A stretch of DNA of 63,662 bases, the filler included, from Lenisia limosa (taxonomy: Eukaryota > Protista > Breviatea): the NCBI GenBank assembly GCA_001655205.1. It is 7 parts of 7 records of this genome, joined end to end, with 100 filler letters (N's around TTAATTAATTAA, not from the genome) between each part and the next. Parts side by side here need not be neighbours in the genome. Positions count along the whole stretch, not along the records: positions 1 to 30,004 come from LPNZ01006461.1; positions 30,105 to 36,768 come from LPNZ01008335.1; 5 more parts are not named here. One strand, 5' to 3'. This document shows positions 24,920 to 36,170 of the stretch, piece after piece. Both the position numbers and the translations under genes were made by a program. Under the pieces are notes generated by a model that was not told the origin of the DNA, made no database searches, and was given only the letters and a program-made list of their open reading frames with translations. Positions within the stretch are counted from its first letter, which is position 1; the number at the start of each line of letters is the position of its first letter.

Positions 24920-27900
24920 AATGTCGCTTCTACCTCGAACATGGCCGCTCATTGTTACAGCGTTGCTCTCTCTTCTTGACAATGACATGGACATTAGCAC
25001 TGGTACTAACCCTGGTCTTTTTTTTGAGGTGAGTTATTTCTCATGGGTTTGATAATTTATCCTTGTTCATATTCCCACTTTTCCACATTGACTGTAGAGG
25101 TAACTCCTTAATATTTAACACGGAGAGTGGATTTTTCACCTGCAAGGACTACATTTACAGTCTTCAAGAGGTTGATGTGGTAGGCGTGGAATTGTCATGA
25201 GCCTGTACAATTTCACATTCTCTGATTACGTCAAAATGACAGGGTGGAATGGAGGTGTATACTATAAATATGGGGGACACTGGTCCGCCTTTTTGGGGGT
25301 AATATAATCTGCAACGTTATGGAATCGAAATTTTTCAATACTTCTCATTAGCACAGGGGTAATTATTCCCTTGATTACTTGAATAATTGTTAATTGATAT
25401 TATCAGTATAGTATTTTCATGGAAATTGAATGTTGAGAGTCTGTTATCTTTCATTTCAATTTTAATCATTTTCTGACCACTAGATTGGGTCCCAAACATG
25501 TGCTGGGGATCAGTATGCCCGACTTAGCATTAGTGTACCCCCAGGTTTAAAAGACATTCAAAGCAATGCTGTGGCCTTCAAGTGAGTGAACATGACCGTA
25601 ACCACAACTGCATTCATCGAATTCATATCACACCTCCATCACAATAATTCCAACCACAGAACATCATCATCATCATTAGGATGACGGAATCAAGCCGGAT
25701 ACTTGTTCCAACTTACCTGAAGAACCCAGGAGTAATATATGAGGTTGGGCTTGTTCTCAGTATTGATATCTTGCTAATCTGTTTCACACCTCAGATCAGC
25801 AGAACTGACAGGTACGGAACTCTTGTTGATTCCATCATTTTCAAACCGGGACGTACCACTGTAAGTTGAATTCTTTCATTCCAATTGGATATAATAATGA
25901 ATACTACCGTTTGGTGTTTGACTCCGGACACTTGATCATCATGCCTACTTATTGCTTGGCTCTGGACACTTGATCATCATGTCTCTTTTTGCTTGGCTCT
26001 GGACACTTGATCTCATTATGCCTACTTATTGCTTGGCTCTGGACACTTGATCATCATGCCTACTTATTGCTCTGGACACTACACTCATCATGCCTACTTA
26101 TTGCTTGGCTCTGGACACTTGATCACCATGCCTACTTATTGCTTGGCTCCAGTTTGGATGTTATTTCTTTAGTACGTAAAGATCGTGCATGGCTGGTCCC
26201 TTGACATTACGTATCACACTGCTCCTTTCCTTGGGACAAATGCTGTAAGGGGATGGAATATGAATATGTCAGCTGTTTATTTTGAGATGTTGTATCGATG
26301 CTTTATTCCTATCTGCCTATTATGTTGCCAGGAATCTACGCTTTGGTATTTTATTTTGTTTTTGAGACTTTAACCCTCTAGCTCATAACTGTTTCCCACA
26401 CAGGCAGCAAATTTTTCTTATTGTGGGTACAAGGGGGACAAGTTAACAATTGCTGTTAAAACTATTTTTTATACCACAAGTAGTGTGGCATATTTTGGGA
26501 TTTCCTAGGAACCATCCCTAAACCTGTCCATTTACCCTCTTAGTGAAGGCACTTACTCCACTGCCCCTAGTTACAGCACTGATGATACATTCCAACTCCA
26601 TGTTGGCTGAAATACTGACTGAAAATATGCTAAATGTCACAGCTGTCCCTTCTTATGTTTCACTCTTTAGTTTGCAGCTTTTCGAATTGTTCAAACTCCA
26701 AAATGTAAGAAAACGACCTTTTGTTTTATTTGAGCCAACCTGTCTTCAGTGTTGTAATGGCCACCCCCCCCCCCCTNNNNNNNNNNNNNNNNNNNNNNNN
26801 NNNNNNNNNNNNNNNNNNNNNNNNNNCGAAACGGAAACGGTGTTCGCCACTGAAGACGTTATCCTCACTGGCATAGCCGAATCTGACTTGTTATGTACAT
26901 CCAATGGTTGGTTATTCACAATGTCACTATTGGAGAGTTCTCCATTAGCTGTAACTCTTCTTCTTCTTTTTTCTGGTAAATTCAGTTGTAGAAGCATCAA
27001 AGTCTTATTGAATCCTTTTTAAAAATTAGTCTTGAACGGGAAACTCACGCGTTACGGTCGATTGTGTTCTCAACCGAGATACTTCGCTACAACGCTGCTG
27101 GTCTCATCCGAACTCTTAATACCAATGGATAAAATCTTGCATTCCTCAAGAAATTAACTTTCTCGTTCATCTTGTAAGGCAAATGAGTTGTAAGGCAAAT
27201 GATTGGGTGTATACTATAATCCAATATCTCTAATATCTCTTTTAATCGTGATGGTGTGGACGGCTTCTTTATTTTTTATATCTCATCTCTAATAATTAGA
27301 GGAGGTTACTTATCTGTTCAGAAGAGATTGTTGGTAGCAACCCCACAACTGATCCTCATTTTGAGGTAAATGAGATATTTAGTGAATAGAAACCTGGTAC
27401 ACATAAATACCACGTTTACGGCGTGAATACGTACTTGCAAGCCTATTGTCTGAACAATATTTTGGGTTGTGAAGGTTTTTTTCAGGCATAATTTCCCAAA
27501 GAAGATGGACAATGGTGTTTCCTTGAAAGTATCATTTGTTGGATATGATGCTCGACTCATTTCTTGCCGTTTTTATTCCAATAGGTTCCGGTTGCAGCGT
27601 ACGTGGCCTTCCCTTTCGTTTTATTTGCCGCAATATTTGGCTGTGTGGCATACAGTATGGGGTGTCAAGTCCAGGGCAAGTCAGTTATTTCAAACTGGTG
27701 TTCCTTAACCGGTTCCTGGGGGGGTGGAGTGTTAATTTGTGGCGGTTGATACTTCAGAAAATATTCAAATGCGCCGCAGAGTGACGGACTCCGTCAATAA
27801 CGCCGTTGGACTAGGGATCTAAGACAATATGCATTGGAGTGTAAACGCTGTAGTGCTAGGGATCTAAGACAATATGCGTTGGAGTGTAGTGCTAGGGACC

Positions 27901-28727
27901 TAAGACAATATTTACTATTTGTCCAAGTGGACAGGTTCACCATATTGTTGCACTGTAAAATCCCCAATTCCTTACAAGTGATCTTAGATCGCAATGCAGA
28001 CCCAGACAAACCCGGGTGCTCCAGGAACCGTCGAGATAGAGCCCGAAATCAAATCTCAAGCTGTGAGCAACTGCCATCCCAGGCCTGGATTTCATTCTTT
28101 TGATCATCCTATTTGATTCTAATTCACCAAACAGCCTTCAGCACCCCCTGTTGACAAGAGCTTGCCACATTATGACGAAGCCCACATGAGCGTTCCAAAG
28201 GTGGGCCTTACTATTACCATGATTAGACCCCCTCAAGTTCTCGATAAATGATAGGGATATGATACCAGGACCAAGTTCTCGATAAATGATAGGGATATGA
28301 TACCAGGACCAAGTTCTTGATAAATGATAGGGATATGATACCAGGACCAAGTTCTCGATAAATGATAGGGATATGATACCAGGACCAAGTTCTCGATAAA
28401 TGACAGGGATATGATACCAGGACCAAGTTCTTGATAAATGACAGGGATATGATACCAGGACCAAGTTCTCGATAAATGATAGGGATATGATACCAGGACC
28501 AAGTTCTTGATAAATGATAGGGATATGATATTAGGACCAAGTTCTCGATAAATGATAGGGATATGATACCAGGACCAAGTTCTCGATAAATGNNNNNNNN
28601 NNGTTCTCGATAAATGATAGGATACAATAGTATACTGATTTGGTTCAGCCTTCAGCCCTTTAACTATGCCTAGGAAGAAGAGGAGCTTCCATCTTATGAG
28701 GAGATAACTTCCAAAGAAAAAGTGTAA
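24920..28727 (+). CDS. Probable single-pass membrane protein with C-terminal LPxY motifs (may be more than one gene)
   Basis: Exons ISRTDRYGTLVDSIIFKPGRTT, YVKIVHGWSLDITYHTAPFLGTNA, KPGTHKYHVYGVN, TM-like VPVAAYVAFPFVLFAAIFGCVAYSMG, then PSAPPVDKSLPHYDEA and EEEELPSYEEITSKEKV*. Confidence 0.45.
25915..26150. repeat. 38-bp minisatellite (~6 units), intronic
   Basis: (TGCTTGGCTCTGGACACTTGATCATCATGCCTACTTAT)n. Confidence 0.95.
28235..28622. repeat. 38-bp minisatellite (~10 units), intronic
   Basis: (GTTCTCGATAAATGATAGGGATATGATACCAGGACCAA)n. Confidence 0.95.
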
Positions 28728-30004
28728 CAATATTTATGTTATTTATTGAAAAGTATTACGATATATTTTGTATGTTAATTAAATTATTCAAAGAAGGATA
28801 AGCAGTTGAAACAAACAGCATACAATCACAATAATTAAAGATGGCGATGAATGGTTGAGGCCGTGGGTCTAAATAATGGTGAAAAGACTAATTTTAAATG
28901 GGAGCTAACTGGAGGGATGGAGCAGTTTGCTTTTCCCATACATGTATGTTTACCCATAATCCACTCAGTATGATTATGTGAACGACTTTCGAGTCGAATG
29001 ATGAATGTAACAGGGAGTATAAGCTTACAATATATCATATCATATTCTCCAATGAAATTACGTAGATTGCACGAGGGTTCACCCCGAGTACAGTAAAAAT
29101 GAGGGTTGTCATTCAATTAAAGTATGAAAAAGAGCTTGGGTCTATACGTCGAATACTTGAGACAACCACCAACTCGTTTTGACGCAGTAGTCAGGTCGAA
29201 TTCTTTATGAACGTCTTGATTATCAGTGAAAATGAGGTAGTATGTAGTTGTTATGCGAAACAATAGATAGAGCATGTATACATTATCAGACTTTTCTGAT
29301 GTCGATATCTTTGGTAAGTGAGTCAATGTCAGCATTGATGTCTGCCAGTCGTTCCTCCATGTCTGAAGATTAAGCTCCATTTCAATCCTTAGATCTGCTG
29401 CATATAGAATAATAATGTCCCATCGCACCTTTATTTGCAAGTTTCAAATGCATACACTCTGTGGCCCATATTTTACGATCTTCAAGCTCTTGCTCCTACA
29501 ACTTTAGCACGTCGTTGGGCAATTAAAAGGCATCTATGCTCCTATTGCACTCCAGTATTGGAAATGATATCGTGTCTTTGGGTATTATGCTTACTTGACG
29601 GAGTTATTCAAAAGACAACATCAATTGGAGCTATCCCAAGACTCTTTGGTGTAAAAGCCGCAAACCTTCAAGGGACCCTCAATTTGGGACCTTAGAGATC
29701 CTGAAGTGCTTTGTTGAACTGAAAGATCACACTCCCTCTCAATGAAACATATCAACTATTGATTTTGTACTGCACTCTTCGATAAAACTGAAATAATAAT
29801 ACAAGCAATCATTTGCCTCACAAATATTTTCAAACTGAGGCAAATACAAAAAACAGTTTACTGTCCCTAGGTCCCTATTATGGAGTAACTCTACAGACAT
29901 TGGCCTAGGGTATGACTGACATTTAGCTGGGGTGTTGGGGAGGGCGGAAAGCGGCCGTTTTGTTGAGGACTGAAAAGAGCTACTTTCTAGGGGGGGGGGG
30001 GGGG

Positions 30005-30104
30005 NNNNNNNNNNNNNNNNNNNNNNNNNNNNNNNNNNNNNNNNNNNNTTAATTAATTAANNNNNNNNNNNNNNNNNNNNNNNNNNNNNNNNNNNNNNNN
30101 NNNN
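30005..30104. other. Artificial scaffold spacer N44-TTAATTAATTAA-N44 (stops in six frames)
   Basis: Identical 12-mer inside N runs at 30049, 36813, 47787, 49797, 52322 and 62365. It marks contig joins and is not biological. Confidence 0.95.
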
Positions 30105-30599
30105 TTTATTATTATTATTCTGATCATAGGTCATTTTTACACGTATGAACTACATATTTTTAGTTCTCATCTACATCACGTAGTGATATGCTCCCTGATA
30201 TCCATCACTGGTTTGATAAATGACCGACAAATCTCAATGATACACGCTGGATGAACCCACAAGTGGATATGGGACAACATTTGCTGATATTTTTATTTCG
30301 CTTGACTACTTCATTGCGATTCGACAGATTTGATTTGGAGGCTTTCCTANNNNNNNNNNNNNNNNNNNNNNNNNNNNNNNNNNNNNNNNNNNNNNNNNNN
30401 NNNNNNNNNNNNNNNNNNNNNNNNNNNNNNNNNNNNNNNNNNNNNNNNNNNNNNNNNNNNNNNNNNNNNNNNNNNNNNNNNNNNNNNNNNNNNNNNNNNN
30501 NNNNNNNNNNNNNNNNNNNNNNNNNNNNNNNNNNNNNNNNNNNNNNNNNNNNNNNNNNNNNNNNNNNNNNNNNNNNNNNNNNNNNNNNNNNNNNNNNNN

Positions 30600-31124
30600 C
30601 TCATCAACACCGACAACCGGGTCAGCCAGGCCTCCGGAGAACTAACCAAGGCAAGGTAAGCCACCCTTATGCCTTCTCCTGGTCTTGCGTCCGCCCTCCC
30701 CCCTTCTGTCGTATACTTTGTGTCGCTTCAGGGTTTCGTTTCTCTCTTATATTTCTCCATTCATAAATAGTATTGTACGCTGTAGCGGTGCTGCAGAAGC
30801 GACTGGCCTTTTGTTTTGCTGTTTTTTCCTTTTGTTTTTCCCAAATCTAAGCCAATAGAGTTGACTTTGAATGTTTGTTTGTTTTGTTCTGTTTCATAAA
30901 TTTCCAATTTTACTCTCCCTCCCTACCATCCTCTCCCTTTCTATCATCATCTTGTGTATCGGATAATAAATATCTAGCCATCCGCGTTTTGGTGTTTAGT
31001 TCTTTGGTAACTCTTCTTTGACCCTTTTAGTGACTACCAAAAGGCAGCGCGGCGCAAGGCCTGCTACCTCATGCTGATTGTCTTGATCATTGGCGGCGGC
31101 TTCACTATGTACATGCTTAAGTAA
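30600..31124 (+). CDS. Syntaxin (Qa-SNARE, STX7/12/Pep12-like): end of SNARE motif plus TM anchor; 5' part lost in gap
   Basis: LINTDNRVSQASGELTKAS|DYQKAARRKACYLMLIVLIIGGGFTMYMLK* across a GT-AG intron. Confidence 0.8.
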
Positions 31125-31455
31125 TGTGCCGAGTTTAAATACACTGGCATTTCTTATTCTTCACGTTTTGGTACCCTTGAACCTTTTGTCCTTCGGGAAT
31201 TTACAGTCTAATAATATGGATATTTTTTTTCAGAGACATGTTTTAATTTTCTCGAGATACTGAGGTAATAGTATTAGTGTTATCCTGCCTTGTCTATATT
31301 AATATCCCAAACACAATTCCTTGAGCGATAGTGTACAACATTTACAAAGAAAGAAAATTAGAAGAGAAAAAAAAACGATACAGGAAACACACTCAGTAAG
31401 ACACAAACATCACACCCTCTTCCCCCTTGACCTCCCGGGTACCACCCTTTTGCTT

Positions 31456-34400
31456 TCAGGTTTTGTTGAGCCTTTTGGCTTTCTCGCCTTTTTGGGCGAG
31501 TCTTTCAGAGCACTTTGAAGGGGGCGTTGGGAGACTAATAGTTGAGTTCAAAATCGAAGTTGGCATTCCATCCACAGCCCTTTTACCAACAGAACCCCAA
31601 TCAAAGCCAAACCTGGTGGCGATTTCGGATAGTTCAGTTCCTCCTCAGTTCCGAAGTGGACTGAACCCTGTGTAATGAGGCGGCTCGGAGACACACTCGG
31701 GGAGGACGTTTCTAAACCATTATTGCAAATGAGCAAATTGATTTACTTTGAAGCCTCATTAAGTAATGAAAATTCACCCAATCATTAGCCAAGCAGCTCA
31801 CTGCACAGCTTGTAAAGCGTATAATCATAGCTCACAATACCTTGTGAAAGCTCCGAACTACAATGAATCACCTGGTACCCCGTCTCTGTCGGGGTTGCTG
31901 CCGATTCATCTTCCTATATCGTTACAATAGTGTAACCACTGACCACGTTTCTCAAAATATGAGTTGAAAGAACTGAACAAATATAACCCCACTTTCGCCC
32001 CTTGACTGATGGTGAATAATTGTATTTCAATAGGGCTTCACTTCGGGTCAAAAAAGACTGAATTTCTCGATAAATCCTCTATAAATATCGATATTTTATC
32101 GGTATTTTTCTGACCAAAGTGAAGCCCTAATAATATATCATATCAGTTGTCGAAGTAATAATTATGGTCCGAAAAAAGACAGGGAAATATTGACATTGAG
32201 AATTCACTCGAACCAGCTCCCGACCTGATTGATAACTAAGGACTGAAACGGCGAGACCACACGGGGCAGAGGCGACGTTGGAGGTTCGGCAGTTGAGTGC
32301 ATTGCGGCCGCGGACGTATCGGAGGGGAACAGAAGGGCGTTAAGATCAAGGTCAGGGTCCATTAGCTCATTTGTTGATACTGTTATTGTCAGTTATAGAT
32401 TATAGGTAATGAACCGGGGTCCCAATTTTTAAGCGATTAAAGTGTAATGCACTGTTTGCCATATGATAAGCAATAACTCACCTAGAAGAGAAGGCTGTCC
32501 CAAACTATCACGAAGCTGTTCCCTACAAAATTAATAGGATTTGAAGAAGACAAAACAAGCCAAAATCAAACCTACTCATCTATTTATTATTTTTGATTAC
32601 GTAGTAAAAACTTTCCAGGTAAAGAGCTCTCCCAACCTGATTGCGTCAACTCCGCGGGAATGTTTGTATTTACTTGAGGGGCTCGACTCGACCGGAGACT
32701 GCACATCTGATATCTGCGTGTTATTACTATTGCTGATTTGATAATGTTATTGATAGAGATGATTGGGGATGATGTAATATATATATGTACATGCATGAAT
32801 AGCACATATTTTGTTACATAGTCCACATGTTCAGGGCTTCACTCGATTCCAAAAAAGCTGAATTTCAAGGTGAACCTTTGGTAAGTATCAAAAGTATTAC
32901 TATCTCTAGGGCTTAACTTCGGTTCGAAAAAAGACTGAATTTCTCGATAAATCCTCGAAAACTATCGATAATTTATCATTTATCTATCAAAAGTGAACAA
33001 CACCCCATCCCTCTATACAGACAGATTGACCGTTTGGACAATGACCCACATAGGGCTTAACAGTTTTATCTTGAAAGCTTCAGATATTATCTGGGGTTTC
33101 AGATACCCCCCCCCCCACTGAAGCATCCCATGACGGGCGGTTGTGCGTGGTAATTGGTTTTGTCGGGTCGTAATTGGCATGGGCCGAGGGTTTGGCTTGG
33201 TCCGCCTTACGCTGGCGCATGTTCTGGATATATGCGCGCCTATCAATGTGGGCAAAGAGCTCCGGCTTGAACTCGGTTTTTCTGATATGGTGGATTGGCT
33301 CCTGAAAGAGTCAGTGTTGAAGCACATTGACAACTCCCTCAGAATTGATAAGCCCAGCCCACTGAAGGTGGTAGGGACGCCTGATCCTCCATTATCAGAG
33401 CCTTCAGAAGACGATGATGCCTTGCCTGATGTTTCAATAATAGTGTTATCAATTATGTCATAAATTTCGATCTTTGTGACCTTCGTGAAGCTACTGACCC
33501 AGAACATTTGTATTCTAATTTGACACAGCTCTTACAAACCTCAATCTTCCTATAGGCCAAGAAATCAGCACTTGTGAGCCTGTTGGAGTGTACAGGGAGG
33601 TCAGGAGCCGGAATGTTGCGACTGCGTCCACTGTCAGAGAATTAGGGTAAAATGTGCAGACGTTATCGTGGAATGAAATATAAAAAAAAACACGCATGTT
33701 TTGCAGTATTTCAAAACCACTAAGTTTTGATAAAGAATAGCAGAGATACAATATAAAGAGTAACCAATCACCTTGAGAGATTTAACAAAGGTAGAGACTC
33801 TCCTCGGTTCCGGAGCATCGCAGGTTTCGGCTGATATGAGTCTGCTGACGGCGGCGGGCTAGAAGTCAGAAGAGGTCCATCCCATCATATTACAAGACAT
33901 ACAGTATTTCTCATCCTCGTCATTCCACCCAGCTGGGACCTACACATAATTCCACCCAGCTGGGACCCACATGTCATTCCACCCAGCTAGAACCTACATG
34001 TCATTCCACCCCAGCTGGGACCTAGAACGTCGCTGCGCCGGCATGCTCTGACGCATTTCTCGAGACTCAAGACGCGACACACTGCGTCCTAAAAGGATGA
34101 CTTCACGGTCCAGTTCAGACCCGACATAACCGGCTCGTTCGGTCCAAATAGGCCACAACGAGCACAAAGAGAACACTGAGGGAAAACAACACAAGAGCAC
34201 GCTATCTCAAAATACCTGATTAGCTCGATTCAAACCCAACTATGTCAATGAATGAATGAAAAATACTATCTGAATGGGGATAGTGATTTCGATAAAACAA
34301 CCTCCCCCTATCCGACCAGTATACCGCCCTTTGGTTCGACTTGATAATGAGGCTGCTGCTGCCCTGTCATTAGATCTCAGTCCTTTGGGCTGCAGATTCG

Positions 34401-35838
34401 GAGAGAGCGGGTACACAGCAAACAAAGTACAAACGTCATCGCCAACTCGAACCTTTGCAATCAATTGTGTTTCGATTCCAATTAGGGCTTCACTTCGGTT
34501 CAAAAAAAGACTGAATTTCTCGAGAAATCCTCGAAAACTATCGATATTTAGCCTGTCTTTTTCGAACCGAAGTGAAGCCCTAGCAGAACATATATAAAAT
34601 CTGCAGTGTTTGGAATATCTCTCTTCTCACCCAAAAATTAAAACACAAGAAGAGCCCACCTCTATCCCCGCCACTAGGTCGCCTCCTGTGTGATCCAACC
34701 AATGTCTCACAATGGCAACTACCTAAACTAGTCAGCTAATGGCTTCTTCATTGCATTATATTAACTTCATCTTTACAAAATTATGTCGAGAGTGCTGCTC
34801 TTCATCACTACATACAGTACCAACACTGCATCATAAAGGATATGACAGTCACAATATGACAAACTTGTATATCGCTGTCAAGATCCCACCTCCACAACCC
34901 GAGACTCCTGAGCGGGAATGTCAACAGAAACAAGACGCTGGCGTGCCGTTCCGGTCACATTGAATTCGCCTGGCTTGTACCCTTGAAGATGAGACCCAAG
35001 AGACCCGAGGTACAGGAGCTGTAACCATTTTTTGACAAATTCACCCCAACAAAGAGATCCTGGGGTCCCGTGGTTCAATCAATTTTAAAAATGTGACATT
35101 GGCTGAAAAATGGAAGGTTTTGTTTTGGAATACATGTTTGAAAATGAACTGTATCATACAGATTTTGGTGGAGAACTCAACCTAACCACTTGAAATTATG
35201 CACAATAGTGTGGTACTGTAAATATGCTGGGAAAGCAAGCTGTTTTCACGCATTTATAAGTTATAACACAAAAAATAGCTATGTACATATTTTTTATACA
35301 TGTACATGCATATTATATGATCTGTATGATAAAAAGTTGCTGTAGGTTCACTACCTTAAAAGACTAAATATGAAGAAATAACACTGACACCTTATGTGTA
35401 TCATATAACACTGATATATTATGTGTATCATATAACACTGATACCTTATGTGTATCATATCGATTTCGATATGTGTCAAAAAAAGAGATCCTCCTTCAAC
35501 TCACCTTTAGATACTGATAGCCAAGATGACAGGGAGTCTCGGGTCTTATTTGCCAAGCTAATTCGTGAATATTTAAGCACTGTGTCGTGTGAACTATATT
35601 CAGCCGCCTCTTGTCACAATAATACAAACCTTGGTGGAATGGGAGGCTTCTTTCCTTCGAGATGCGGAAATGTAAACTCTGACTCCTTGAGGGCGTATGC
35701 CGTGACCTTCACTGTGAGACGCTGAGGGGCCTTGAGGAGAGACGTGATCGTTAAACATTCGCTGGCTGCCTGGGTTTCGGGCCCTTCCCATGGCTTAAAG
35801 ACCAGAAATGCTGGTGACAGATCGAAAGACTTGCTCAT
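31456..35838 (-). CDS. Large multi-exon gene, unknown product, Ser/Pro-rich C-terminal half
   Basis: MSKSFDLSPAFLVFKPWEGPET...PPIPPS|SHDTVLKYSRISLANK, LLYLGSLG...QESRVVE, AGYVGSELDREVILLGRS, ELMDPDLDLNALLFPSD, AVDGMPTSILNST...RLNKT*. Consistent GT-AG ends. Confidence 0.55.
32031..32129. mobile_element. MITE family C copy
   Basis: TAGGGCTTCACTTCGGGTCAAAAAA...TTTTTCTGACCAAAGTGAAGCCCTA. Nearby degraded copies at 32831-32870 and 32907-32998. Confidence 0.85.
33943..34022. repeat. ~27-bp tandem repeat at a splice donor
   Basis: (ATTCCACCCAGCTGGGACCTACATGTC)n-like, about 3 units. Confidence 0.85.
34483..34582. mobile_element. MITE (~100 bp), family C, most intact copy
   Basis: TA|GGGCTTCACTTCGGTTCAAAAAAAGAC ... 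GTCTTTTTCGAACCGAAGTGAAGCCC|TA: long terminal inverted repeats flanked by TA. Confidence 0.88.
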
Positions 35839-36170
35839 GTGTGAAGACCGCTGAAAAAGAACTCAACTATCTGTGAATTTTCATCCTTTGCATTCTCTTC
35901 CACTTAATTTCCTTTTTATTCACCTATTCACTTTTTCTAGTTGTGTTTAAGCAAGGAGAACGGGAGAAGGGACGAAGGGACGAAGGATCCAGGAAGGCTG
36001 AGCCTAGAATCCAAGGCGGCTAGAATCCCCATGTTACCACCATTTAAAAGGCAAAACGCAAAAAACCCAGAAATAACCCTATTTTGTTTATTCTTAATAG
36101 ATATATTGTGCTGGTCAAGTGTTGGTGTGCTGGTGAGTGAACAAGAGCCTTCTCAGACAAAAACGTGTTT

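Noticed and set aside
28138-28730. Long ORFs in the track over minisatellites (also 1165-1683, 1773-2369, 54990-55369) and ORFs running through N gaps
   Set aside because: Products of stop-free repeat units or N runs, not genes.
30049-30060. Perfectly conserved TTAATTAATTAA palindrome recurring six times
   Set aside because: Always centred in 44+44 Ns; a synthetic six-frame-stop scaffold linker.
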